From contig CM030332.1 of NCBI GenBank assembly GCA_017654855.1, positions 4,526,001-4,590,000 on the forward strand: a DNA stretch of 64,000 nt. The letters run 5' to 3'. The position numbers and the translations under genes are program-made. Position 1 is the first letter of the stretch. Each line of letters starts with the position of its first letter. The stretch comes from Podospora anserina. Its lineage: Eukaryota. Below the pieces are notes generated by a model, which saw only the letters and a program-made list of their open reading frames with translations, was not told where the DNA came from and ran no database searches. This document shows, piece by piece, positions 25,298 through 37,755 of the stretch.

Positions 25298-28200
25298 ATG
25301 GCGTCACAGGTGTTGATTGCCCACACGGGTCAGCGCCTGCATCTTGACGCTTCCCAGGCCTCATCGTGCGTTACCCTCCCCTACTGCTACGCTGTACCCG
25401 TGAGAGATGCTGACAGTTTGAGCAGCTTGGACAACCTCAAGGCCACCGTGGCCTTGAATTTATCTATACCCGCACAGTACATCATCGCGTTGACCCCCCA
25501 GGGAAGGCCCTTGAAGCCCCAAGCCACCCACACCGAGGTTAGTTAGCTTTCGTCCTGTGGATATGGGTTGGGAGGACATGCGCAGCGTGATGAGGTTGGT
25601 CTAACGACGTTGAACAGAAAGAAATCTACATTTACGATAGTCGCCTAGCCCTAGGATCGTCCCCAGGAACACCGACTCCTGCCCGGTCCGAGCTCCCTAT
25701 GCCCAAGGAATACATTTTCTCAGACGCCCCGGACTTGATCGAAGACTCGCGCTCTATTCACGCATGGCAAGAGTTGTACAAGGCACGCCAGGTCTGGGCG
25801 TTCAGGGTGGTGGAGGATTGCAGGCAGATGGCTACCGCCGCAGATGACCGCTACAGCGAAATCGATGTTATGCTCCGTTGTCTCGATGCGGCTGTCACCA
25901 ACCTCGAGTCTGTCATCCGAGGCCTGGAGCCCAAATATGCAGAGCTCACGAGATGGATTCCCACAGCCCGGGCTGACTATGCGGCATTGGCAACAGGATG
26001 GGAGGAGTATCTATCGCTTGCACGGAGCATTCCGGTTTCGTCGGCGATGGTCCGGTTCATGACCGGACAGGAGGTCAGCGGCACTAAGGCAAGGCTGCAG
26101 CGGCAGGCCACTTTGGAAGACCTGATTGATCTGGAAACTACCCGAAAAGCTGGCCGTTTGGCGCCAGCAGCCCTCCGCAAATTCAACAACAGGGTCGCGG
26201 ATCTAGACAAGGCTGCGACACGCCTATTCCAAGATGCTGAGGATCTCTTCCGGGAGTTTGAGAGGACCATGGCACGGTCAGCCATGGACCATTCTCGTGA
26301 CGCACATCAGTTATTGCAGGACATTGAAGCGGTGGCCAAGAAAATAGACACGGACTACCAAACGACGCTGGAGTACACGAGTTCGACCCGGGACGCCCTC
26401 TCGCAAATTTCCAAGATTGCGGTCAACCATACCGAGCGCTTGCTGCCAAGCATGGCAAAGCGAGCGGTCGAACTGAGCAACATGCTCCAGTATGCCACAC
26501 AAGCCAGAAATACTCTTGCGGCTGAGTCCACAGAATTCATGCGGAGCATTGCCGATATCACGTCGCTCAGCAGCAGTGTCAAGGCTCAAATCAATGGGGT
26601 CAACCAAGAAGACGAGCTCTCCACGTTTGATCATCTCCGTCTCGTTCAACAAAGTCCGTACATGTACGCCTCCTTCGTCGTTGAGGCGATCAGGCGCCGC
26701 GAGTGGCTTGAAAAGGTCAAGCAAGACTCGTCCACCCTTGCCAACGAGATGGCTCTCTTTCAAGAAGAGGAGATCAAGCGGCGCAGAAAGTGGTACAAAT
26801 CCATTGCGAACACATATGGGCCCCAAACTCCAACGTCAGAGAGTAATGTACCCGGCTTGGAAGTAAATCTGCTCGGAGAAGAAGAGAGCTGGCCGTCAAT
26901 GACTCGAGGGGACCTGGAAGAGTTCTTTGCGCTCCTACAAATACCAAAGGCAGACCCCGAGATCGTGAATGACGTGGGAAAGCTGGTGGCAGAGCTGAAC
27001 AACCCTACAAGACAGCAGTCCAGGAGGATGAAGGCCTTTAAAAACGGCAGCGTGCATGAGGCTGCCCTCGGACGTAGTGGCTTGTTGATTCGCGGTGATG
27101 ACGACCTACTCCGGACGTTGCAAGATGAGAAAGCTAAGCTGGAGGGCAAGCTTAAAACAGCAGAAAGTCGGGTGCGACGTCTAGAGGATTTGCTTCACCG
27201 CCAAACCCAAGCATCACGACCAAGTATCGGCAATCTATTCCAGGTCCCGAGCCAGCAGTTACCGGACCGCAATGACTCTACAATATCGGTCCGGTCACCT
27301 CGAATCACAGACGACCGGAGAGGATCACTTGAGGGGGCTGAGGTTTTGGCCCAACGAATTCAGCAGCTCGAGTCTGACCTTGCAGCCGAGAAGGAGAGGT
27401 CGGCGGGTCTAGAAAGGGAATTGAATGTGCAGGTGGCCCAGCATAACAATATCAAGGGCCAGTTGAGCGAGGTCAACTCGACGAAAAAGGACTTGTTGGA
27501 AAATATGGAGGCTCAAAAACGGGAGTTTGTGGAGGAGCGAAAGTCTTTCCAGGAGGAGATCCGGCAATTGCAACTGCGCCTGGAGCACACAGAAGACGAG
27601 ATTGAACACTATGGTGAGTCAAGGGAGCATGAAAAAACCTCTTACGATGAGAGGATTCGCCTTCTTGAGTGCGAGGTGCTTGAGAAGCAGGACGCCCTCC
27701 TGAAATTTGAAGGCCAAGTTGAGGTCCTTCGTAAGGAAACAGGCTTGCAGCGGGAGAGGCTGGAGGCCCAGGAGCGGCAGTTGCAGCACGCACAAGACGA
27801 GCGGCAAGACCTAGTAAAGAAGGTCGAGGTGACAAGTGAGGAAGCGGGACATCATGTCAAGACGCTACATTCTCTTTGGGGACTGTTGGCGCCAGACGCA
27901 TCCATCCCGGTCGATCCCACTAAGCTTTCAGAAGCAATTGTTGGCAAAGTTAACGATGTACTGTCTCGACTGCAGAGGCTAGACGGAGATATGTCGCTTC
28001 TGCGCCTGGATCTCGATTCTTCTCAGAGCGCAGCCAAGATTGCGCAGGCGGAGAGGGCATCCCTGGAAGCAAGATTCGATACCTTGCGCAAGGCAGTTTC
28101 CGAGGAGAGGGCAAAGGTAGCCGCATTAGAAGGCAAACTGGCAGAGAGTCGCAGCCAACTCCAACAGCTGCGCTCGAAGTTGGCCGATGGTGAGACTGGT

Positions 28201-29643
28201 ACAGAGTCTCTACGAAAACAGCTCGAGCAACAAGAAAAGAAAATCATGGTCATCACAGAGGAGCTGGCGTCGCGCACATCGCAGGTCGGCAGCATGGAAG
28301 AAGGCGCTCGGCTACTCAAGGAGAAGCTGAAGGAATCGCAGGTCCGGTTGTCGGAGCTGGGAGCTTGGTTTGAATCTCGGACCGAGCATGCAAAAGAAAT
28401 TACCCAAAGGCTATACGCCCAGAACGAATGTTTGATACGCCTCCTTGAGCGGCTCGGGTTTTCGGTAACCCGTCAGGATGGCAACATGACGATACAAAAG
28501 GTTCCGAAGGCAGAACGCTCGACTCAAAGCACAAGTGAGTTGGATCCCAGCATGTCTCTTCGACGCTCCAGCACCCTTAACCTGCGCCCAGTTGCAGACA
28601 GTGCCGACCTGAAGCTATTATACTGGATGGATAGCAACAACAGACAAAGCGAGTCAGCAAGGTATACCGCCTACTTGGAATCACTTGGCTACTTTGACAT
28701 GGATGCCTTTTGCGAAACCGTGATACGCCGCGTTCGAGATATTGAAAATATTGCCCGGAAGTGGCGAGGATACCGGGACAAGGCACATGCATTGCAAAAG
28801 GATGCTCACAACAAGATCGCCTTCAAACACTTCAAGGAGGGCGACCTGGCATTGTTTCTTCCTACCAAGAATCAGGCAACAGGTGCTTGGGCGGCATTCA
28901 ATGTGGGCTGTCCCCATTACTTTCTTCGCGAGCAAGAGTCGCACAGGCTGGACAATCGTGAGTGGATCGTTGCCAGAATCTCGCGGATCCAGGATCGCGT
29001 CGTGGATCTCTCCAAATCACTGCAACATCAGCCTGGAGATCGAAGGAGGGGGTTGTCTACAGACGCGGAGCCATCTAAGGACGACAATGACAACCCCTTC
29101 GGCCTGTCTGATGGTCTGAGGTGGTATCTGATCGATGCAGAGGAGGATAAGCCAGGTGCTCCGAATACGCCGGGCCTTGCAAAGTCTACAGTGACGGTAG
29201 CTGCCAACAAAGTCGAGGCCATGGCTGACATGCACACCCATGGGCGGTCCGGGTCCAAGTCTGGAGGGCTTGTGGGTCGTGGAGCTGCGCCGTCTGGCAT
29301 TGAGGGGGTCAGCAAGACACTTTCCAAGAGTCTCGAGAGCCGTCGCTCTAGTACGGGCTCTAGAAAGGCCCTGCCCTTTGCGATTGGTGTTTCTCGAGGT
29401 CGGGACAGTGCCGTCGCTAGTGAGACAAACTCTCTCCGTGCTGCGCCAGCCGATACCCCGGTGGCCACAAGTCCTATACAACAGCATGCTGTGCCTCAGG
29501 TTACCACTCAAGCAGTTGATGCGAGGCAGACGATCGGTGCCGACGGAGAAGAAGGAAGCTCAACGGAAGCAGCGTCAGCCCAACAGCCGCGACAATCGCT
29601 TTCTGAGGTGCGCTACCCACTTGATTCCCTCATCGGACCCTGA
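25298..29643 (+). CDS. ATG11: Autophagy scaffold Atg11 (2 short 5' introns, long last exon)
   Basis: N-terminal IAHTGQRL, Atg17-like region, long coiled coils, C-terminal claw domain KIAFKHFKEGDLALFLPT...WAAFNVGCPHYFL...DNPFGLSDGLRWY. Confidence 0.95.
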
Positions 29644-30125
29644 AGCATACCTTTGCATTACCAGTGTTGACAGGTTCAATGAAAAGCGGGTCTCTCACAG
29701 CTTGGAGCAGCCTGCACAGAGCGTTGGCCCTTCCGACCTTTTAAAGAAGAGTGTAGTCTGGGATTCCCTTTGGAACCTGGACGCTCGTTACGATATCGGA
29801 CCACAGTACAGGCAGCCCTCGAGCTGAGGCTTGTTTGAAGCTGGCAACTCCCAAGGGTTTATAAAGATCGCCTACGTAAAACAGGGGCAGAAATGGAGTC
29901 AAACAACATAGAATAATATCAGGGAAGGCATGGCAGACCCTGCTGCATCATCAGGCTAGAATGTTTTCGTAATATGTCGTAAGCGGTGCGTGCAATAGTA
30001 CACGTGTATGTACACAGTGATAGTTACAGTAAAATTATACAATCCAGCCCGGTCCACTCCCCTGATTCAACTTAGTGTTGACAGGCTACCAGCTGGCCGT
30101 TGGCATGGGACGTTCCTTGTCTTTC

Positions 30126-31138
30126 CTATACGGCAGTCTTCTTCGACGCTGGCTGTGGCTCTTGTGTCTTCTCTTCACTGGGGAGAACCTCGACAGACCT
30201 GGTGATAGGCTCCAGATCCGAGTTTCCAATCGATACCTTCACTTCGAAGCGTCCTAGCTCCTTGATCTTGTTGATTTCGTCCTTCAAACCTAGCACGGTG
30301 ACATGAGCGGGCTCGATGTTGATCTGAGCCCCGTCCTCGTCGGCAGATATGCAGCTCTTTATCGAACTCGCAATGTCCTTGGTTGATACAGAGCCATAGA
30401 TCGCGAGGGGTCCCTGTGGGGTCTCCTGGGCCGCAGCGACAGCGACGAGAGGTGATATGGTTGCCGTATTGGATGGCGGGGCAGGAATCGGGATACGATA
30501 GAAGGTGATGGTTTTCGGAACAAGCCTTTCAAGAAGCTCACGCACTCTCTCCGGCTACAATCCAGCCACCGTTGTTAGAAAACAATTTGACCTTTATCAA
30601 ACGCTGGAAACGAGAAGAGTGCCCCTACCTTGATGGTCTTCTTCACAGGCTTGGCGGCCTGCTGAGGTTCGGCTACCGGGGCAGGTGGTTTCGCGGCAGG
30701 CAACTGCTCCAGCACCTTCATATCGACAAACGTCGGGTCCCTCTCGCCGACATCATTCTTGGGGGACAGGCCGAGCTCCTTGAAGCGGGCTACAGTCATA
30801 TATTCCGCCAATTTGCGGGGAAACCACTCGTTGCGCATGCGGCCGCGCTCGACACGGAAGATTGCATCTAAATGGAAAGAAGAGGATTAACAAGCCTCCC
30901 TTTGAATTTTGTGAGGGGAGGCAGTGGTTTAAAGTATACCTTTCCTGCCAAACTTGGGGATATTTGCTAACAGGCGGACGACAACTCCCTTGTCGCTGGG
31001 GACGAGATGGGTGGACTTTGCTCGAGTCTGAACCAGTGGGAGGGAGTTGACGGGACCGTTGGGGGATAGAAAGGGCTGTGCTAGCCTCCGCATGCACCAA
31101 AGGCATGCTGGCGATCTGCTCACCACTGGTCCCGCCAT
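30126..31138 (-). CDS. MRPL50: Mitochondrial ribosomal protein bL9m (3 exons)
   Basis: Presequence-like N-terminus, VVVRLLANIPKFGRK, VERGRMRNEWFP, IYGSVSTKDIA and IKELGRFEV. Confidence 0.85.
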
Positions 31139-31397
31139 CGTGACGGGTCGAATGGGACTTGGAGGGTCGGACAACGGGCGTGTGAATTGGAATCACAGCT
31201 CAAAAAAATCGAGACCGGGAGCTATGGATAATGTTCGGTTGGGGTCCACCCACAGTTTTTGCCAGGATCAATTCGGTTACCGTAATTTACGGCACTCTGG
31301 CTGTATTCCGTAACTTAAATACATACCTTACATACATCTCGACCATAATTAGGACGTTGTTTCTACTGGCTACTGCCTTTGCAGATGCAGGAAACGT

Positions 31398-32922
31398 CTA
31401 TTTCCAGGCAAGCTTCTCTCCGCGAACCAACTGACCGAGCCAGCGCTGCAGGTCTAGCACCATTCCCTCGACCAAGTCCGTTTCGACTATTCCTTCTTGC
31501 CAGCTCAGGCTGATACAGATATCTCCACCAGCAACCCCGGCGACGTTGACCCCTATCGCGGCTCCTGCGACCGTTGCTCCTTGAGACATGATTGAGCGAC
31601 GGATCTGCCAGCCTGGCTGGAGATGGCTTCCACTTGGGATGCCGTGAATCGACCCGATGTTAGATACCTCCCATGTCGTTTCCCTCGGTTTACCTATCTT
31701 TGAAAGCCAGTATTTTCTCCAGTCTGTGACCCAGCTCAGCATACTGATGATGTCGTCCTTCGGCACAGTCTCTAGGTGTTTCTTCATTCGACCTCTTAGG
31801 TTGACTGCGGTCTTCCAAATATCGTCCTCGTCCCTATCCCCATGGATCTCATGTGACTCAAAATGATGCGCCTGGGTGGTAACTAGAACTCCAAAAAGAG
31901 CTCCAGGCTTTCCGCTTGGTGGATGGTCTGAAATATAGGGCCTTAGATCTAATGGTGTTGAGCTGCAGAATACTTGGGCATCTTTGGCGGGAACAAGCTT
32001 GGCGATAGAAGCCAGTACGAGCGAGTGAAGCAAGGGCGTCAGTGTCGTGCCGTGTTGTCTGCATATAGCGAGAACAGATGGCGCCACCTCCGCAGGAACT
32101 ACAATCAGGCGAAGGTTTGTTTGGAAGGGCTCGGGGGTGATTAGCTTTCCAGTCCATGGGATTGCCTTCGACGGTCTTGAAAGCCAGGCGGGACCGAGCT
32201 CTCTGAAAAGAGTACCCAATACAAAACCCCAGGACTGTTTGAAAGCCACCACCTCTTCCAGGGGGGGACTGAGCTGCTGGCTGGGCGGGAGGCTTAGAAC
32301 ATGGCCGGAAAGTTGTATCGGGCGCACTGAGGGGTAGGCCAACTCATTAAGGAGTTTGGTGTGAAAAGCCGCAGTGCTTCTGCCATCCGCTATTGAATGA
32401 TGCACTGCGAAGATGACATCAAAGGCAAGGACTCCATTTGCTGGATGAGGGGTGGAAACAATGATCACCTTCCACGGAGGCCGGCTCGAGATATCAGGAA
32501 AGTATTGATCGTGTTGATGCTCCAGTTTTTGGATAAGCTCAACGTCGAGGTCCTTCGATACCTCGTGGTATTCGAGGTGGAGGTGGAGGTTGATGGCCGA
32601 TAGGAATACAAAATATGGACTAGATGTTTCCTCATCTTTTATACCCACCCTCAGCGACGGAATGTCAAGAACCACGCTGGCGAGGGCTCTCTCAAACACC
32701 TCATAGACAGACTGGCCTTGAACTCCGGATGTGGGGACTGTGTAACGACAAGTATTGATCACGCACTTGTAAAAGCCGAGGGCGTGCCTCGATGAAGAGT
32801 ATCTTTCACTGTCACGAGTGGTCAGACGAGTCTTGTGCGCAGATAAGCCTTGAGGTTTCGCAGCAAAAACATACGTACCACGGCCCGAGGGCTCGGGCTT
32901 GTCGGTGCCCGGTCTCCATCAT
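31398..32922 (-). CDS. Alcohol acetyltransferase (Atf/Sli1-like, CoA-dependent acyltransferase fold), 1 intron
   Basis: HxxxDG motif HHSIADGRS, PPWKV and WEVSNIG; short first exon MMETGHRQARALGP|CERYSS. Confidence 0.85.
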
Positions 32923-33454
32923 ATGTAGATGTTTGTGGGATCAAACGGTCAGACTTTGAAACGACCCCCCCCAATGCGGAAGCCAGCCCGGAGTGCAAGG
33001 CGGGACGGGGTGCGGCATTGCGGGGGACCAGGGCAGCCTCACGGCGCTAGCGCAGGCCAGCACGGCCAGCCCTGCATGGGGTGGATACGTCGACGCGCCA
33101 AGCTATCCACGTCCAGTTGGCAAGTAGCCTTGAAGATTCCATGGCTCACTTGACAATTGGGCTGCAATTGCAACTGTCATTCCCGCCATGCGCGCCCGCG
33201 CAGTTCAAATTCCAGCTCATGTGTTCCGCGCCTTGTCATGATTCATCTGGTCGAGCTTTCTTTGTGACAACGCATTCGCACCTCAACCGTTGTCGCCCAA
33301 CCATCAATCACTTCGACGATACATATAGGGGCACATACAGATAATTCAAGGGCGCGCGCTGCCTCTCCGTCCAGCATCTGACCAATTCACCCTGTCCCTC
33401 GCCCTTCTCACACTCGGACACTCGGCCTACCTACCTACTCTGAGGCGCAACACC

Positions 33455-36400
33455 ATGGACCGCGACAAGGACAAACCCGACCACCGGTTTGCGCAGACGA
33501 CACGTGCGATCGCCCCGCTCACGATTACAAGCGCTTCCAAGCGGAGGAGTCTATTCTCTCGTCCAAACCTCAATGATGATGGAACCCGACCTGCCGGTGC
33601 CGACGCGCCCGCTGAGAGCCGAGTTGGCTCGCCGAACAACACAAGAATTCCTCGCCTTGCCCAACATCGAGGCATATTTACGATGGAAGATGCCTACCGC
33701 TTGGCCACAGAAGAGGAAGAGGCCGCAGCCCGAGGATCCCCAAGTCCCGCGCCACGAACATGGCGCTCACGCCGGGAATCCAGCGAGAAGAACACGTCAA
33801 AGCTGCCTGGTGTCGGAGCTCTCGGGACCCAACATCGCAGGACGATGACAAGCAAATCCACGGATGCGGTGGGTGAGGATAGGGTCGGTTTGTCAATGGG
33901 CCTTGGTGCCCGGTCGCTCCGAAGCAACATTTCCGACAGCAGCTTTGACGAAAAGATTCGCCAGCACGCCCTTGCGCAAGGAGACCCCGAAGCACCGATC
34001 TCTCACAGTAACAGCGCTTCGTCTAAAGCTGGTTTGGGAACCAGAATACTAGAGACTGGGAGAGGATTGGTACGGAGGAGTAGTCGTGGCAGTCCCGAGG
34101 GCAATGCTTCACCTCGCAACCCCAAGACTTCAACAGCCGGCAATAGGTTTTCTGGCTTGTTATCGAGGAAGAAGCGAGAATTGAGCAGCTCAACACAGAC
34201 GCCTGATCTGGCGGATTGGATCCGGTTCAGTGATGGCTCTGCTGGAGATTTGGCTCGGCCAGCGTCCAACCCGCTGTTGCGCCCCACCTCTGCGCCACCG
34301 GACCAAGAGTCTCCTGAAAGGAGTTTCGCATGGGAAGCAGAGAACGACTTCACAGCTGGCGACCTGCAGGTCTCTGAAAGCCCTGCAGTCAGTCTCGGTC
34401 GAAGTAACACCAAGATCGATGAAATACGAGCACTCGAAGCTGAACACAGTGATAAGGATCCCGAGAGCAACCCCAACTCTTGGAAGAATCTCCGGATCGA
34501 CGAGATCAGAAATCGCGAAGTTGAAACTGCGTCCAAGCCGCCGGAACTCACCGCTGCGCCGCGCGAGGTTATGGAGCAGACCGCATCGCAGGATCGAGAC
34601 CTCACAACCCGAAGCCGATCCGGAAGCAACACAAGTACTAAGATGGATGAAATTAAATCGCGGGAGATTGAAAGAGTGTCTAGGAGAGCCATCACCACCG
34701 CTCAGCTGGGGAAAATCCGGGAGAGAAACGCCGAACTCACGTCGCGCTCGCCATCGCCCGATATGGGGCGGAAACCCAGCGCGGAGCCTCTGCGTTCTTT
34801 TTCCCCGCCGGACGAACAGAGTTGGAGAAGGGGATCCGATGTGGCCAACTCTGCTTCACAAGTACGAGAGCCAAGCGCTCGCCAGAACTCGATCTCTGCA
34901 GCTCTAAACAGTTACGATGAAGATGGTCCAGTTATCGATGACTATGATAGACAACAGAGACTTAGCGAAAATGCAGGGATCCGACGCCGTGGCTCACGAG
35001 GCAGAGATGAGTCGCGAGATGTCTTGCGCAGACTGTCAGCCGCGGCGATCACAAATCAGCTCACTGACCTGCCAGCGTCTGGCATTTCTGAGGGTGTGTC
35101 TGGGCGTGAAAGACCTCGGCAATCCAGCGGAAGTCTTCGACAAAGGATGTTTGCCGGTGCTAAGGGTGACGGCAAACCCACTGTCGGTTTTGTTGGACTT
35201 CGGAGGAATGATTCGATGGAATCCAACCTGACAAAGCGGTCAAGCTTTATCCTCTCGGAGTCTGACCCTACAGAGCGTATAGAAGGTGAGATGAATCTAT
35301 TTGCGCCACATGAAAACCAGTCTGAACGCGGGTCTCTTCGGGCATTATCTCCAGAGCCAGAAGAAGTCACGCCAGACAAAACACCCAAACCCTCCAAGCC
35401 TGATCCTCTCACGATGCCCACTCCTCGGGTAACAGGTGCTTTTGTCGAAACACCCGCGACGGTCAAGGTTGAGAAAAGAGAGGAGGATGACATCAAACCG
35501 CAGCCAGGCAAACACGACGAACTTCCTGCGGAGCGAGGCAGAAGGGGTGAAAGCGTACCGAGACAGCCCAAACAAACTCAGTCATCCCGTGGTGACAGGA
35601 TGTCGAGGCGTTCCTCTTCGATTTCTGTCCGACGTCGTGCAAGGTCGCTGTCGAGAGGTCGACCCTTGATCAATTCTGGCAAACCACCAACTGTCCGAGA
35701 TGACATACTAGAAATACAGCGAGCCAACCAGATCGACGATTCCACTTTGGATGATATCGCCGACCTCATGTTGAAACAAGGCGCCAAAGGCCACGGCTCC
35801 GAGGCTATTGAGATCAAGACCGACGATGGCGGCGATGATGAAAAGGACGCAGGCGATCAGGATGCTCAAAGATTGAGACGGATGAGCAGGAGTCTGCAGA
35901 ACGGGATCATGAATATTCGCACTGCGAAGCAGGGAATTCAGAGACTGGAGGATCAAGTTGCGCATGGCAATCTCAAGAGTGCGGCCGACGATGCTACCGA
36001 AACCGAACACACTCACAGCAAACATGACGTTGATGCCCCGTGTCCCATCTGTCAAGGAAACGAACCAACCGCGACAACGACCCTCACTTACGTTCACTTG
36101 CCTCTACCTCGACTGTGGCATCACCAGCCGCGTTTCAAGCTTACATTTCTCGGCCTTTGCGTCTTTCTTCTTTCTCTTTGGTACATTGCTGAGTCCTGTA
36201 TGTGCCACTTATACTGCAAGCCTCCGTACTGCGGCCCAGGTGAGCCTTGTAACTGGGATATTGAATATCCTTCTTGGGGCTTCACGATTCCGTCAAAGTT
36301 GGACGAGTGGGTCACGGGGGGACAAGGCAAGCACCTTGTGCAGGAGTGGACTCCCGAGGTCGCAGAGTGGATGATTGGCTTGTGGGACACGGCTATGAGT

Positions 36401-36496
36401 ACTGACCCTGAGTCGACCGTCGCAACCCCCTGGAGCCGTAGCGCGAACCGCAGACGTAGAAGACGGGTGCTCAGGCAAGGAGGCTTAAATCACTAA
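33455..36496 (+). CDS. Hypothetical 1013-aa S/R-rich disordered protein with a C-terminal TM helix and Cys-rich segment
   Basis: Long ORF with coiled coil (IRTAKQGIQRLEDQV) and TM segment FTFLGLCVFLLSLWYIAE-like stretch followed by a Cys cluster. Confidence 0.85.
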   Translation: MDRDKDKPDHRFAQTTRAIAPLTITSASKRRSLFSRPNLNDDGTRPAGADAPAESRVGSPNNTRIPRLAQHRGIFTMEDAYRLATEEEEAAARGSPSPAPRTWRSRRESSEKNTSKLPGVGALGTQHRRTMTSKSTDAVGEDRVGLSMGLGARSLRSNISDSSFDEKIRQHALAQGDPEAPISHSNSASSKAGLGTRILETGRGLVRRSSRGSPEGNASPRNPKTSTAGNRFSGLLSRKKRELSSSTQTPDLADWIRFSDGSAGDLARPASNPLLRPTSAPPDQESPERSFAWEAENDFTAGDLQVSESPAVSLGRSNTKIDEIRALEAEHSDKDPESNPNSWKNLRIDEIRNREVETASKPPELTAAPREVMEQTASQDRDLTTRSRSGSNTSTKMDEIKSREIERVSRRAITTAQLGKIRERNAELTSRSPSPDMGRKPSAEPLRSFSPPDEQSWRRGSDVANSASQVREPSARQNSISAALNSYDEDGPVIDDYDRQQRLSENAGIRRRGSRGRDESRDVLRRLSAAAITNQLTDLPASGISEGVSGRERPRQSSGSLRQRMFAGAKGDGKPTVGFVGLRRNDSMESNLTKRSSFILSESDPTERIEGEMNLFAPHENQSERGSLRALSPEPEEVTPDKTPKPSKPDPLTMPTPRVTGAFVETPATVKVEKREEDDIKPQPGKHDELPAERGRRGESVPRQPKQTQSSRGDRMSRRSSSISVRRRARSLSRGRPLINSGKPPTVRDDILEIQRANQIDDSTLDDIADLMLKQGAKGHGSEAIEIKTDDGGDDEKDAGDQDAQRLRRMSRSLQNGIMNIRTAKQGIQRLEDQVAHGNLKSAADDATETEHTHSKHDVDAPCPICQGNEPTATTTLTYVHLPLPRLWHHQPRFKLTFLGLCVFLLSLWYIAESCMCHLYCKPPYCGPGEPCNWDIEYPSWGFTIPSKLDEWVTGGQGKHLVQEWTPEVAEWMIGLWDTAMSTDPESTVATPWSRSANRRRRRRVLRQGGLNH

Positions 36497-37020
36497 TAAA
36501 CGTTGCTCATTCTGGGAAAGAACACTCTGCCGGTCAGGGCAGGGGAGGGGAGGAGATAACTAGCGACGAGAAGTGAATCGAGATGCCGGGCTGACTGCTG
36601 CTGTGCTCTTTTTGGTTCGGAATGCTGGATGAGGGATAGCAAGACGTTTCTGGCTGTGTCTATTTTGTTGACCCACGCAAAAGCTCATTAGGGTTGAAAT
36701 AAGATAGGAAAGCGTGGCGATTAGATGTGGTTTTAAGACGGCGCTTCTAGCTGTACAAAAATGTAGTTAATCCAAAGAAATACTTGGTTCAATAAATTCA
36801 ATAATAACGCAGCTCTCCCTTCAAACAGTAAAACTAGGTCTGGCGTACGGCGACGCACCACTCAGCAGATGTAAAGGCTGCAGCCAATTATACCCTTCCT
36901 GCTTTTTGACCAAGACCCTCTCTCACAGCTCGACTCTCTGATTCCTGTCCATTAGAGGTATCACAATACCCCCAGGCATTGCAGCTTTACACAAAGACGG
37001 TAGCTCATACGCTTTGCCGT

Positions 37021-37755
37021 TCAAAATCCTATCCACACGGCGGCCGCGGCCAGGGAGAGTTCTAGCATTCTGAAGGGTGGCCGAGCCTGTGATCCACTCG
37101 ACACGAAGTTGTTATTGGTAAATGGGCTAGTATCGGTAAGAGGGGGCGGGATCGGTTCTGGACTGGGATCAGGTGATGGTACGGATGTTTGCGCTGAGGA
37201 GGCGGCGATAGTATTGCTTGTTGATGTGCTGTCCGGTTGATTGTTCTGGTCTACTGTTGAGGTTGTCGTTGGGTCGGGGATGTCCCCTTCCTGAACGGAA
37301 GATGATGGCCTCGTCTCCACAGTCAAAAACTTTGAGGTGACCTTGCTAGGTGAGGTGCTAATGATGGTTGTCGTGGTGGGGAGTTCAGATATGAAACCCT
37401 TTGCTAGGAGTTTGGCGGCGTCGAGCTTCGAAGCCGGCAGATCTTAATTTCTCTCGCCACAGCCGTCCTCCAAAGGGTCGAGGAAGCTGTCTTGATAGTT
37501 GCGGAGATCGGCATGGCAGTTGGTGTCCATGCATTTAAGAACCTTTTCGAGAAAACTTCCCCTTACTCGCTTGCACATACAATTGCCATTACTTGGCAAA
37601 CAATCGGAATCCAATATGCAACCCCCTACGCATGGTGGAAACTCAAAAGAAGGTCTTGTCGATTCGACTTTTTCAACCAAAGACAGGAAGAAGGTCAAGC
37701 CAGCGAGGGCAAAGCCGACGTGCCGCAAGAATACCATGGCCTTCTGTTTTGTCAC
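37021..37755 (-). pseudogene. CFEM-domain GPI-anchored protein gene interrupted by an in-frame TAA at 37444-37446
   Basis: Signal peptide, 8-Cys CFEM domain, TAA, then the same frame continues into an S/T/P stalk and hydrophobic GPI-type tail; no usable intron spans the stop. Confidence 0.75.
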
